From assembly GCA_049521795.1 (NCBI GenBank), contig JBEKOM010000006.1:1-64000 (forward strand): a DNA stretch of 64,000 nucleotides, given 5' to 3'. Within the stretch, counting starts at the first letter, position 1. Each line of letters begins with the position of its first letter. A program made the position numbers and the translations under genes. The DNA comes from Candidatus Bathyarchaeia archaeon (GTDB lineage: Archaea > Thermoproteota > Bathyarchaeia > Bathyarchaeales > Bathycorpusculaceae). Shown in pieces: positions 37,683-47,099 of the stretch. The notes under the pieces were generated by a model. That model did no database searches. It saw nothing but the letters and a program-made list of their open reading frames with translations, and was not told the DNA's origin.

Positions 37683-39161
37683 CTACGACTTTATGTTGAT
37701 GCCTGCCTGTTTAGCCTTGTACTTCGCTATGAGCATGAAGACCTTGTAGAATGGTCTGACGGCGTAGCCTTTCCAGCCTTCGGAAAAAGATATGCCGATC
37801 AGGTCGTCAATCCAGTGGAAGTCGTGCTGAACACACTTCGTCAGGAGCTGTTCATGCATTTTTGTCATCTTCGTTTCTCTGAACCAGTCCTCGTCTTTGA
37901 GTCTGCCCATCGGCACAAAGAACAGTGGCACGATGAGGCTTCTACAGTCTCTCACGTCGTCGAGCAGTTCCATTGTTTTGATGAGGTCGTCTTCGGTCTC
38001 CTCTGGAACGCCGACGATGAGTGTGCACGCTGGAACCAGCATGTTGTCATGCATCAACCCCATGCCTGTGCGGGCGACTTCTGGCCATTCTTGAGGCTTG
38101 AAAGGGTGAGCCTTCGCGGGCATGACCTTGGTTGCAAGTTCTGCTGACCCTGTTTCAAGCCCTATTTCAACTCCCCACCAGCGCTGCTTCTGCCTCACCA
38201 TTTCGGCTACCTGTGAGAAAAGCTTCGGCTTTGCTGCTACGGCCGCGAGTGAACAGTGGCTCCAAGCTATTCCGTCACATTTTTGGAGGACTGCTTCGTG
38301 CAGTTTGAGGAGTTTCTCATCGTTTGGCAGAGCGGTTTTTGAACCGTAGAGCATGACATCGTCCTCGTGGAGGATGACTCCCCTGTTTCCAGCGTTCAGG
38401 TTGATGTCTACTTCTTCGAGTATTTTCTCGATCGGGAACCACCTCAACGGTCTCAGTGTCACGCTGCAGAACTTGCAGCCTCTGCAGCATCCGCGACCGA
38501 TCTCCACTAATCCGTTGATTGAAGCGTTGACGATGTTCGGTATCTCTTCGAGGCGCGGCGTCTCTCCTACGCTGACCTCATAATTCGCTGGGAGGGTCTC
38601 ACCGTTCATGGCGGTCCTGAAGATCTTTCCAACAACGTTCTCAGCTTCTCCCTCGATTATGCAGTCTATACCGTATTTCTCGACGAACTTCGGCCTGTAG
38701 TTGAGCTGCCAGACGCCCGGACCGCCCACGATGATTTTCAAGCCGCGCTTCTTGGCTTCCCTGACTTCGGGAAGTTCAAAAAGATGGCGGAAATACTGTG
38801 CCAGAAACGGCTCCTTCTTAAGAACGGACGCAAGAGTGCTCGAGGCTGGACCCAGACCGAAAGGGTCCATAACATGTATCCCAAGGACCTTCGCCCTGTG
38901 AATCCACGCGCCGAGATGGTCCGGCGTGACGGTTATCACTTTAAAGCCTTCCTTCAAGAGCTGGGCCTCAATTTTCCTCAGCCCATACGGCGCTGACACT
39001 GGCCTGCCACTCTCCGTCTTGATTGGCGGAAAGAACAGTCGCCGATAGATGAAGTCTGGAATAAAGTTTGGTGGAGCACAGGTTCCGAAACCTAGAAATT
39101 CGTTCTCACGGTAATCGCTCATCAACGTACTATCAGCGGTTAATAGCACTGTGTCCTCCAA
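37683..39161 (-). CDS. B12-binding-domain-like radical SAM protein
   Basis: APYGLRKIEA, IIVGGPG, GEAE and GRGCCRGCKFC motifs. Confidence 0.88.
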   Translation of the reverse strand: MEDTVLLTADSTLMSDYRENEFLGFGTCAPPNFIPDFIYRRLFFPPIKTESGRPVSAPYGLRKIEAQLLKEGFKVITVTPDHLGAWIHRAKVLGIHVMDPFGLGPASSTLASVLKKEPFLAQYFRHLFELPEVREAKKRGLKIIVGGPGVWQLNYRPKFVEKYGIDCIIEGEAENVVGKIFRTAMNGETLPANYEVSVGETPRLEEIPNIVNASINGLVEIGRGCCRGCKFCSVTLRPLRWFPIEKILEEVDINLNAGNRGVILHEDDVMLYGSKTALPNDEKLLKLHEAVLQKCDGIAWSHCSLAAVAAKPKLFSQVAEMVRQKQRWWGVEIGLETGSAELATKVMPAKAHPFKPQEWPEVARTGMGLMHDNMLVPACTLIVGVPEETEDDLIKTMELLDDVRDCRSLIVPLFFVPMGRLKDEDWFRETKMTKMHEQLLTKCVQHDFHWIDDLIGISFSEGWKGYAVRPFYKVFMLIAKYKAKQAGINIKS

Positions 39162-39293
39162 ACGTGTCCCTCTCCAAAGTTCTCGTTACGCTTTTACTAA
39201 GATGTCTGCTAGACCTTTAATTCTTCCGTTCCTGCCTAGAAAAGTGTATATGTTCCGTGATGCAACTAGGCTGAAAGACCATCGGAGAGAAAG

Positions 39294-39860
39294 ATGTTGC
39301 AGAAACTCTTGGAAGTCAGATGGCACGGCAGAGGCGGCCAAGGAGCATGGACAGCAAGTGAACTCTTCGCCAGAGCAGCCATCGCTGAAGGAAAGTACAT
39401 TCAATCCTTCCCGGAGTTCGGCCCTGAAAGAATGGGCGCACCCGTGACGGCCTTCACAAGAATAAGCACTGAACCGATAAGGCTGCATTGCGCAGTCTAC
39501 AACCCGGACGTTGTAGCCGTTTTAGACCCGACGTTGCTCAAGACGGTTAAGGTTGCAGAAGGACTGAGCGACGAAGGCGGAAACATCATAGTCAACTCAA
39601 AGGAAACTCCATCCAACGTGAGAAAGGCGTTGAACACAGACAGGGGAAAGGTCTGGACTGTTCCAGCATCGGAGATTTCGATGAAAATCCTAGGCTTGCC
39701 CATAACCAACACTGCGATGCTCGGAGCCGTGGCACGCGTAACCGGGATAGTCAACCTGGAAACCGTTGAGAAAATGATCAGAGAACGTTTCAGACCAGAC
39801 GTTGCCGAGAAAAACTTCGCCGTCGTAAAGCAGGCTTACCAGGAGGTAAAATCTGAATGA
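39294..39860 (+). CDS. porG: Pyruvate/2-oxoacid:ferredoxin oxidoreductase gamma subunit
   Basis: WHGRGGQG and FPEFGPERMGAPV motifs. Confidence 0.93.
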   Translation: MLQKLLEVRWHGRGGQGAWTASELFARAAIAEGKYIQSFPEFGPERMGAPVTAFTRISTEPIRLHCAVYNPDVVAVLDPTLLKTVKVAEGLSDEGGNIIVNSKETPSNVRKALNTDRGKVWTVPASEISMKILGLPITNTAMLGAVARVTGIVNLETVEKMIRERFRPDVAEKNFAVVKQAYQEVKSE

Positions 39861-40135
39861 GTTCAAAAGAAAAAACGTGGAAGGAAGTTTCGCCCGCAGG
39901 GGTCTGCTGGAAGAGCAGCTTAACATACTTAACCGGAGACTGGAAGTCTTTCACTCCGATCAGAGACATTAAGAAGTGTACCAAGTGCTTGTTGTGCACA
40001 CTTTATTGCCCAGACGGCGCGATACACTGGAAACCCGAAAAAGGCGACATCGAATTTGACCTTAACTTTTGCAAGGGTTGCGGCATATGCGCTAACGAAT
40101 GCCCAACCAAAGCGATCGCGATGAAGATGGAATAG
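39857..40135 (+). CDS. porD: Pyruvate/2-oxoacid:ferredoxin oxidoreductase delta subunit (2x4Fe-4S)
   Basis: TGDW, CTKCLLC..CP and CKGCGICANECP motifs. Confidence 0.93.
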   Translation: MSSKEKTWKEVSPAGVCWKSSLTYLTGDWKSFTPIRDIKKCTKCLLCTLYCPDGAIHWKPEKGDIEFDLNFCKGCGICANECPTKAIAMKME

Positions 40136-40141
40136 GAGGAT

Positions 40142-41380
40142 ATGACGGTGAAGAGTGCTGTTAAACAGGAAACTCAGGGCCTGAACGGAGACGAAGCCGT
40201 TGCGTTAGCGGTGAAACAGGCAGACGTTGACGTGGTGGCTGCTTACCCGATAACTCCTCAGACGATAATCGTCGAGAAGTTGAGCGAATACGTGGCCAAC
40301 GGCGAAGTTGAAACAGAGTACGTGTGCACAGAATCAGAACACAGCGCGATGGCCGCGTGCCTCGCAGCGTCAACAACAGGCGCCAGAGTCTTCACGGCCT
40401 CAGCATCCGCAGGCTTAGCGTTGATGCACGAAATGCTGTTCGTGACCTCAGGATGCCGTGCGCCAGTCGTTATGGCAATCGCGAACCGAGCGTTGTCAGC
40501 GCCACTGAACATTCACGGTGACCATTCCGACGCCATGGCCGAACGGGACAGCGGCTGGATACAGATCTACACTGAAAACGCGCAGGAAGTCTACGACTCA
40601 GTGCTCCAAGCCTTCAGGATCGCTGAACACTTGGACGTTCAACTGCCCGTGATCGTGGGCCTAGACGGGTTCACGTTGAGCCACACGCTCGAGAACGTGC
40701 TGACCTTCCCAGACGAGACCGTCAAAGGATTCGTCAAAACTCGCCAGTTTCCAGTCGTGCTCACGCATGAAGGAAAAACCGTCCCCTTCAAGCTTGACCC
40801 AGAAACCCCCATGACCATGGGACCCATAGCAATGCCGAACTACTACTTTGAGTTTAAACGGCAACAGGAAGAAGCCATGAAAAACGCGAAACGAGTGATC
40901 CAAGAGGTGCATGAAGAGTACGCCCAGCTTAGCGGCCGATCATACGGCGACGGCCTGCTCGAGCAATACAGGCTTCAAGATGCTGAAGTAGCTCTCGTTT
41001 GCTTAGGCTCAACAGCCGGCACCATTAAGACCGTAGTGGACGAGCTCAGAGGAAAAGGCGTCAAAGCTGGGCTGCTCAGAATCCGAACTTTCAGACCGTT
41101 TCCGGTTGAAGAGATCGCTGAGACACTCGGAACTGTGAAGGCAGTTGCCGTCATGGACAGGAGCATGAGTTTCGGCGGAAGCGGCGGAGCAGTTTTCCAT
41201 GAAGTCCGCCATGCACTCTACGACGGCTCAGACCGACCTTACGTTGTCAACTACATCTACGGATTAGGCGGGAGAGACACGAGCCCCGCTCAGATACGCG
41301 CGATTTTCGAGGACTTGCAGAAGATGATTCAAACCAAACGCGTAGGAGACCTAGTGCGATACGTAGGATTGAGGGAGTGA
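40142..41380 (+). CDS. porA: Pyruvate/2-oxoacid:ferredoxin oxidoreductase alpha subunit
   Basis: AYPITPQT, ESEHSA, NRALSAPLNI and GLGGRD motifs. Confidence 0.94.
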   Translation: MTVKSAVKQETQGLNGDEAVALAVKQADVDVVAAYPITPQTIIVEKLSEYVANGEVETEYVCTESEHSAMAACLAASTTGARVFTASASAGLALMHEMLFVTSGCRAPVVMAIANRALSAPLNIHGDHSDAMAERDSGWIQIYTENAQEVYDSVLQAFRIAEHLDVQLPVIVGLDGFTLSHTLENVLTFPDETVKGFVKTRQFPVVLTHEGKTVPFKLDPETPMTMGPIAMPNYYFEFKRQQEEAMKNAKRVIQEVHEEYAQLSGRSYGDGLLEQYRLQDAEVALVCLGSTAGTIKTVVDELRGKGVKAGLLRIRTFRPFPVEEIAETLGTVKAVAVMDRSMSFGGSGGAVFHEVRHALYDGSDRPYVVNYIYGLGGRDTSPAQIRAIFEDLQKMIQTKRVGDLVRYVGLRE

Positions 41381-41395
41381 AAAGGAGAAGGAAGA

Positions 41396-42379
41396 ATGGA
41401 AATATCCGAAGGAAAATTCACTGCAAAAGACATCGCTGAAAAACCCGAATTGTTCCTGTCAGGACACAGAGCGTGCGCAGGATGTGCTCCGGCAACGGTG
41501 CTGAGGCTCATCATGAAAGCGACAAGAGGACCGACCATCGTTACGAATGCTACTGGATGCATGGAAGTTGCTTCAACTATCTACCCGTACTCATCTTGGG
41601 CGGTGCCGTGGCTGCACACGGCTTTTGAGACGGCAGCTGCAAACGCTTCAGGAATCGAGGTAGCGCTGAAGATTCTCAGAAAGAAGGGAAGGATCAAGAA
41701 CGAACAGATAGACATCGTCGCCCTAGCAGGGGACGGTGGAACCTATGACATAGGCATACAGGCACTGTCAGGAGCCGTTGAAAGGGGACACGACTTTCTG
41801 TTCGTGCTCTATGACAACGAAGCTTACATGAACACCGGCATCCAGAGGAGCGGAGGCACACCTTACGGAGCATCAACGACCACTTCGCAGGCTGGCTCAG
41901 TCGTGCCTGGGAAGCTGGAGCAGAAGAAGCCCATAGCCGACATCATGGTCGCACACGACATGCCCTACGTGGCAACGGCTTCACCATACTACTGGAAAGA
42001 CCTGATTCAGAAGACCAGAAAGGGTATCGAAGTGAACGGCCCTGCCTTTCTGCACGTGTTCGCACCCTGTCCGAGAGGATGGCGAAGCGAATCTTCAAAG
42101 TCGATAGAACTTTCGAAACTGGCAGTGGAGACGTGCATTTTCCCACTATGGGAAGCAGTGAACGGCGATTACCAACTCTCAATTCCGAGCAAACTCTTCG
42201 CACTTGCCCCCCAGAAGAAGAAGCCCGTGAAGGAATACCTGCAGGTTCAAGGACGCTTCAGACACCTGTTCACACCGAAAAACGAAAAGGTGCTCGACGA
42301 AATTCAACACGTCACAGACCTGAAATGGAACCGACTGCTGAAGAAATGCGGAATCACACAGCCTGCGCAAGCTAAATGA
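41396..42379 (+). CDS. porB: Pyruvate/2-oxoacid:ferredoxin oxidoreductase beta subunit (TPP-binding)
   Basis: GHRACAGC, GDGG..DNEAYMNTG and PCPRGW motifs. Confidence 0.94.
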   Translation: MEISEGKFTAKDIAEKPELFLSGHRACAGCAPATVLRLIMKATRGPTIVTNATGCMEVASTIYPYSSWAVPWLHTAFETAAANASGIEVALKILRKKGRIKNEQIDIVALAGDGGTYDIGIQALSGAVERGHDFLFVLYDNEAYMNTGIQRSGGTPYGASTTTSQAGSVVPGKLEQKKPIADIMVAHDMPYVATASPYYWKDLIQKTRKGIEVNGPAFLHVFAPCPRGWRSESSKSIELSKLAVETCIFPLWEAVNGDYQLSIPSKLFALAPQKKKPVKEYLQVQGRFRHLFTPKNEKVLDEIQHVTDLKWNRLLKKCGITQPAQAK

Positions 42380-43203
42380 AACGCAAGGACTACTTTCCTT
42401 TTCTTGTGAGGAACGAGAAGGAAACCATGCGAATAGCCTCCATACGAGACGGTTTCGAAAACGCTTTCTGGAACCATGTTAACCAAGACCCACTGCACTA
42501 CTATTTCTTCATTCTCGACTGGAAGGAACGCCCAGAACAGACGAAAATCTTCTTGGCAATGGAAGGAAAGAAGATCCAAGGATTGATGCTGGTGTACGTA
42601 GACGCCATTGTTCAACTGCGAGGAAACCGAGAAGCCGTGGAAAAACTGCTCGATTCTGTCAGCTTGGAAAAGGTTGAGCTGCAAGCTCCTCTGGACTGCG
42701 AAGACATCGTCACCAGAAAGTACAGTCCTCAGATCAAGTACGAGCTGATGTTGATGACCTTGAAGAAGGGAGAAGAAAACATACAGGTCAGAACCGACCC
42801 TGAGAGACTTGGACCTGAAGATGCAGAAAAAGTTGCAGAGATAATGAGAAAGGCGGACCCTGAATGGTGGGGCGACATAGCGGTTGAGAACAGGAGAGAG
42901 TCGCTGGAAAAGACGTATTGGCTTGGAATAAAACGTGACGCTAAGATCGTTTCGGTTGGCAACGCTTGTTTCGCAGATGTTGGAAGCAACATCGGGGTCA
43001 TAGCCACGGATGAACATTACAGGAACATGGGCTACGCAACTTCAATCGTGTCAGCGTTGGTTCAAGAAATCCTCAAGAGGTCTCCACCCGCGCTGATTCA
43101 CGTGCTCAGAGACAACGCGCCTGCCCTACGAGTGTACTCGAAAGTCGGCTACAAGCCTTACAGACACTATCTTCTAATTCGGGCAGAAAGAATCAAGAAT
43201 TGA
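42376..43203 (+). CDS. GNAT acetyltransferase (FR47-like C-terminal domain)
   Basis: ATDEHYRNMGYA and NAPALRVYSKVGY; start may be 42427. Confidence 0.82.
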   Translation: MKRKDYFPFLVRNEKETMRIASIRDGFENAFWNHVNQDPLHYYFFILDWKERPEQTKIFLAMEGKKIQGLMLVYVDAIVQLRGNREAVEKLLDSVSLEKVELQAPLDCEDIVTRKYSPQIKYELMLMTLKKGEENIQVRTDPERLGPEDAEKVAEIMRKADPEWWGDIAVENRRESLEKTYWLGIKRDAKIVSVGNACFADVGSNIGVIATDEHYRNMGYATSIVSALVQEILKRSPPALIHVLRDNAPALRVYSKVGYKPYRHYLLIRAERIKN

Positions 43204-43235
43204 AGAAGGCAACGTTCAGAACACTCGCAAGTTTC

Positions 43236-45113
43236 TTACGTTGTCCTGCTCAGATATTTTTCCACTTCGCGTTCAGCGTTATCTGCTCTTATGAAAATCG
43301 GCACGTTTTCCATCCCTGTTGCTATGTAGCTTGAGAGCAGCCATTCTCCTGGAGCGAATTCCAGCGTTTTCTCGAGGATCCCTTTGTCTATCATGAACGT
43401 TTCGCTAATGAGTTGGCGATCGTACGGCCGTGGCAGAGTTCCTACGAAGTACGTGTGAACCTGCTGCAGCGCGTTCGTGTTCAGATAGGCGATGCGCTGC
43501 GTGGCGATGCACACGCCGATGCCGTATTTTCTGCCCTGTCTCAGCAGGGTTTCAACGTGGGCCGAACACTTGGCGTCTATGCCGCTGGCGGTGCTGGAGA
43601 TGAACTCCTGCGCCTCGTCGAACACGATGAGGATGTGCGGTTTCACTTGGAATCGCCGTTTTCTACGGGCGAGCAGTGCTTGAGTCAGGTTTATGGCGAG
43701 GTCTTTTATGGCGTACGGGTCGGAGATTGAAATGCAGACGAGCCTCGTCGTCTTGTCTTCCAGCAGTTCGCGGATTTTTTCAACCGTTAATCCGCCTTTT
43801 ATGTCGTCTTCTCTGGTCTGTCGCTTCCTGATCAGATCGCTGAGTGAAGACCTGGTCGTTGCCCACGCGTATAGCCCGCTCTTGTCGCTGACCTTGAACT
43901 CCTCAACTGCTGCAGCCGCAACTTGGCTTATGTGTTCCACGAATTCTTCGTCCACTTCTTGATTTTCACTTAGCCCGTGCTCTTCGACATACTCCGACGC
44001 GGCTGAACTTATCCTGTCTATCGCGTTCATGTAGTGAGGCCTTTCAACAGATGACCTTCTCTGGTCACCGAGTTCGCTCATAAACTGACCGTACGTTGGA
44101 ATCTGTTGTCTGGGCTTCACGTAATGGGCCAGCCTGCCCTTGTCGATTATGCGCTGGAGACCAGACTTGGTTCGCTCATCGGTCTCGAACTCTCTTGGTT
44201 TCACGACCGAGTTGAAGAACTGTTCAAGCGAGTCAGTTCTGTATTCCAGGATTACCTTCGACGAAACGTTCGGGTCGGCCAGCATGTCCAACAGGAGGAA
44301 CACGTACTCGCAGCTTATGTCAAAGATCACGACCTTTGCGTCGCTGTTGTGCAGCAGGAGCCTTCGCAGGATGTTCGACATCAGGTTGCTCTTTCCACCG
44401 CCCGTGAAAGCAAAAACACCGAAGTGGTACCGAACCAGCTTCTCAAAATCCACGTATATCGGTATACTGGTCTTGCTTGCCTCAAACATTTTGATCAGAC
44501 CCAGTCTGGGGTCCGTTCGCGCGTCTTCCACGGTCTTCGACGTGTCCACGCGGAGCCTTTCAGCGATTTTTTGGTTGTAGATGCGATTTATCATTTCACT
44601 GTTCAGCACGTAGGATGGGCAGCCTACAACCGGGTAGGAGAAGCCTTTCACAAATGTGAAATCACACTTACTGTCCAAGACCAGGTCGTAGTTTATGGGT
44701 ATGGCGTCTATCTGAATCATCATCGTGGTCTTGTCGTTCGTCTGCCAATCGTCTTCAGACTGTTCGATGATCTCAAACTGCATCGGGTAATAGCCGTGGT
44801 CGGAGAGGCCGCGCAGACCGAAGTGTTCGGGCCAGACTCGGCTGAGCTCCATTAGAGTGTACCTTTCCAAGCCTTTTTCAGTCTGTTTGAAGTTCCTGAC
44901 GGCTAGAAGCATGCCCTCTTCCAAGAGTGCCATGAGGTCTTTCTGGTACTCAACCTTGACTCGGCACTGGTACCGTGCGCTCGTGCCGGCAAGCTTCGTG
45001 TCCTCCGTCGTGGCGAAAAACCTTGGGATGACGGCGGCAAGCCTACCGTTGAACCTACCGTCAAAGTCTGTGAAACACGCCTCGTTAAGTCTACTCTCTT
45101 CTTGCGGCTTCAA
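43236..45113 (-). CDS. herA: HerA/FtsK-superfamily ATPase
   Basis: HFGVFAFTGGGKS Walker A, IFD, VFDEAQEF Walker B, RQGRKYG and ATQR motifs. Confidence 0.85.
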   Translation of the reverse strand: MKPQEESRLNEACFTDFDGRFNGRLAAVIPRFFATTEDTKLAGTSARYQCRVKVEYQKDLMALLEEGMLLAVRNFKQTEKGLERYTLMELSRVWPEHFGLRGLSDHGYYPMQFEIIEQSEDDWQTNDKTTMMIQIDAIPINYDLVLDSKCDFTFVKGFSYPVVGCPSYVLNSEMINRIYNQKIAERLRVDTSKTVEDARTDPRLGLIKMFEASKTSIPIYVDFEKLVRYHFGVFAFTGGGKSNLMSNILRRLLLHNSDAKVVIFDISCEYVFLLLDMLADPNVSSKVILEYRTDSLEQFFNSVVKPREFETDERTKSGLQRIIDKGRLAHYVKPRQQIPTYGQFMSELGDQRRSSVERPHYMNAIDRISSAASEYVEEHGLSENQEVDEEFVEHISQVAAAAVEEFKVSDKSGLYAWATTRSSLSDLIRKRQTREDDIKGGLTVEKIRELLEDKTTRLVCISISDPYAIKDLAINLTQALLARRKRRFQVKPHILIVFDEAQEFISSTASGIDAKCSAHVETLLRQGRKYGIGVCIATQRIAYLNTNALQQVHTYFVGTLPRPYDRQLISETFMIDKGILEKTLEFAPGEWLLSSYIATGMENVPIFIRADNAEREVEKYLSRTT

Positions 45114-47049
45114 TAGAAGCCCTCCTTTCCCTGAAAGTGCTCATGTAGAATATGAACTTTCTCAGTCGGTGATTGTTGAGTATCCAGGTAGCCGTGGTGT
45201 CCACGATGAGCCTGAACTGGCCGTAGTTCCATTTTGCAATCTTGTCTGCAATGAAGAGAGGCTTGTTGTGTCCGAATGCTTCTGGAATGCTGGAAGGAGC
45301 CATCGCCGTCAACATGATCATGATCATGTCTTGAAGCCTGTTTGCGGCATCCTTGTCCTTGAAAAGAACAACCTCAACGGGCTCCTTGGCGCCTCCATAC
45401 TCGTTCCAAAACGCCGTGATGTTTTGGGGTTTGCAGTCGTACTCTGGATAGACTAGCCGGTCAATCAGCAAGACGTTGCTGCGAAGCAGCGAGTCCGTCT
45501 TCGCCTGGCTCAGTTGAATGTACGTCTTGACAAAAACCTTCTCCAAGCCTATTCTGTTCTTTATAGCTCCTGAGACGAAGCCTTTTCGGTTCAGATGGTC
45601 CGGAACCATCGTTCGGAAGGCCGAGTCGTACTCTATCAGGCTCCAAGGCGGCTTGATTTCAGTCGGGTTCAGCATGCTCGTTGACTGTAGTATCATGCGG
45701 TCAGTGTTCGGCAGTTTTTCAAAATCCACTTTTGAGACGTTGGTTTTGAGAAGACCTTCATTGTGCATTATAGGGACCAGCTGCCGCTTGAAGTCTCTTG
45801 CCGCCGTGTCCTTCGTTATGCCGATGAGCAGGACGCGTCTTTTCCAGCACTCTTCCATGATCATGTGAAGAGTGAAAAGCGTGAGGAAAGCGATGTCGAC
45901 GGTTGTGAGCCACTGTTCTTCACCGTCCTTCAAGACTTTCATGAGGCTTGACGTCTTGGTCGCTGATGTTTCGGTGAAGAAGAATCTGTCGCCCAGGCTG
46001 ATGACCAGCTTTTTGACGCGTTGAAGAACCGTGCTGTACTTTGGGTCCAAACTGTAAGTCTCGTCCTTCTTGGCCAGAACATGCTCGTCGACAGAGCGCT
46101 TCAAATGCCGAGCAACCCTCTTGGCCCTTTTTTCGTCGCTTATGCCCAGTTCGACTAGAATCTGCTTCTCAGCTAAGGGCCCCTTCTGTCTGATCAACTC
46201 GATTATCGCATGGCTCAAGTAGTCGCCTCTTGGAGGAGGCAAGCCTAAAGCTTCGTTGCAGACGCACTGTCTTGCGATCGTCAAATCGTTGATGTCAAGC
46301 GGCTCATCATCGCCGTTTCTGTAGCCGATCAGGCTGCACCTCGTCTTCCACAGATCTCGTTTCGCCGTGTCGTAGACGAGGCTTGCCCGCTCAGTCGATA
46401 GGCTTCTGTCCAAGAAGATTATGCGAATCTGTTGGCTGGGGTCTGCTACAAGCTTGTAAGTCAAGTAGTATTCTGCGAAGGTCATTATCCAGTTTGCGAT
46501 CGTTGCGTTGTTTATGATCGACTGGTCGGTGAGCGGTTTGTTCGGGTTGACCTCGCCGGACTCTTCGGCCTCAAAGAAGGCTTGGTCCACCTCTGGGATT
46601 TCGTTGACGTAGACCGGCACGACGCTTGATATTCCCGCGGCCTGTTGAATCGTTTTCGTGTCATACTTCACCCGCGGAGCTTCTTTCTCAAGAAAAGTTA
46701 TGGTGCCCGTCGACGCGTAAGCTCCTCCGAAGAAGATCACCAAGTCAAACAGAGGTCGCGAGTACATCGTACCGTCTATGCCCGCAAAGCGGACGCTGGA
46801 AGCGCCGAAGAAATCTTTCGCAGTTTCATACGCGTTTCCGGAGTCAAACTGCATTCTCACAAAGTTTGAGAGCAGATCATCGTAAAGGTTTCTCAACGAT
46901 GAAAAACGCTGCTCATAATCCGAAACCTGTGATGAAGCTCCCAGCCTCAGTGCTTCACTCGTCCGTTTTATTGCACCGCTTAACGACGACATCCCGTCAG
47001 TTCTCTCCAGCATCACATGATGATCATCTAATGGTAAAAGCGTTGTCAA
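45091..47049 (-). CDS. nurA: NurA-like nuclease with an inserted winged-helix segment
   Basis: AGIDGT, FAEY, FLDRS, IGITKD and GHNKPLFIADK motifs; overlaps herA. Confidence 0.75.
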   Translation of the reverse strand: MTTLLPLDDHHVMLERTDGMSSLSGAIKRTSEALRLGASSQVSDYEQRFSSLRNLYDDLLSNFVRMQFDSGNAYETAKDFFGASSVRFAGIDGTMYSRPLFDLVIFFGGAYASTGTITFLEKEAPRVKYDTKTIQQAAGISSVVPVYVNEIPEVDQAFFEAEESGEVNPNKPLTDQSIINNATIANWIMTFAEYYLTYKLVADPSQQIRIIFLDRSLSTERASLVYDTAKRDLWKTRCSLIGYRNGDDEPLDINDLTIARQCVCNEALGLPPPRGDYLSHAIIELIRQKGPLAEKQILVELGISDEKRAKRVARHLKRSVDEHVLAKKDETYSLDPKYSTVLQRVKKLVISLGDRFFFTETSATKTSSLMKVLKDGEEQWLTTVDIAFLTLFTLHMIMEECWKRRVLLIGITKDTAARDFKRQLVPIMHNEGLLKTNVSKVDFEKLPNTDRMILQSTSMLNPTEIKPPWSLIEYDSAFRTMVPDHLNRKGFVSGAIKNRIGLEKVFVKTYIQLSQAKTDSLLRSNVLLIDRLVYPEYDCKPQNITAFWNEYGGAKEPVEVVLFKDKDAANRLQDMIMIMLTAMAPSSIPEAFGHNKPLFIADKIAKWNYGQFRLIVDTTATWILNNHRLRKFIFYMSTFRERRASIEAARRE

Positions 47050-47063
47050 CTAGCGCGCGCTAG
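47050..47063. repeat. Perfect 14-bp palindrome CTAGCGCGCGCTAG ((GC)n boundary motif)
   Basis: Lies between the divergent nurA-like and permease genes. Confidence 0.75.
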
Positions 47064-47099
47064 GGTTTTGGAATGTTTTATATTTGCTCATTATTCTAG

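Noticed and set aside
42304-45456. Long antisense ORFs (42304-43017, 44106-44855, 44857-45456)
   Set aside because: Shadows of well-supported genes on the opposite strand, with no motifs
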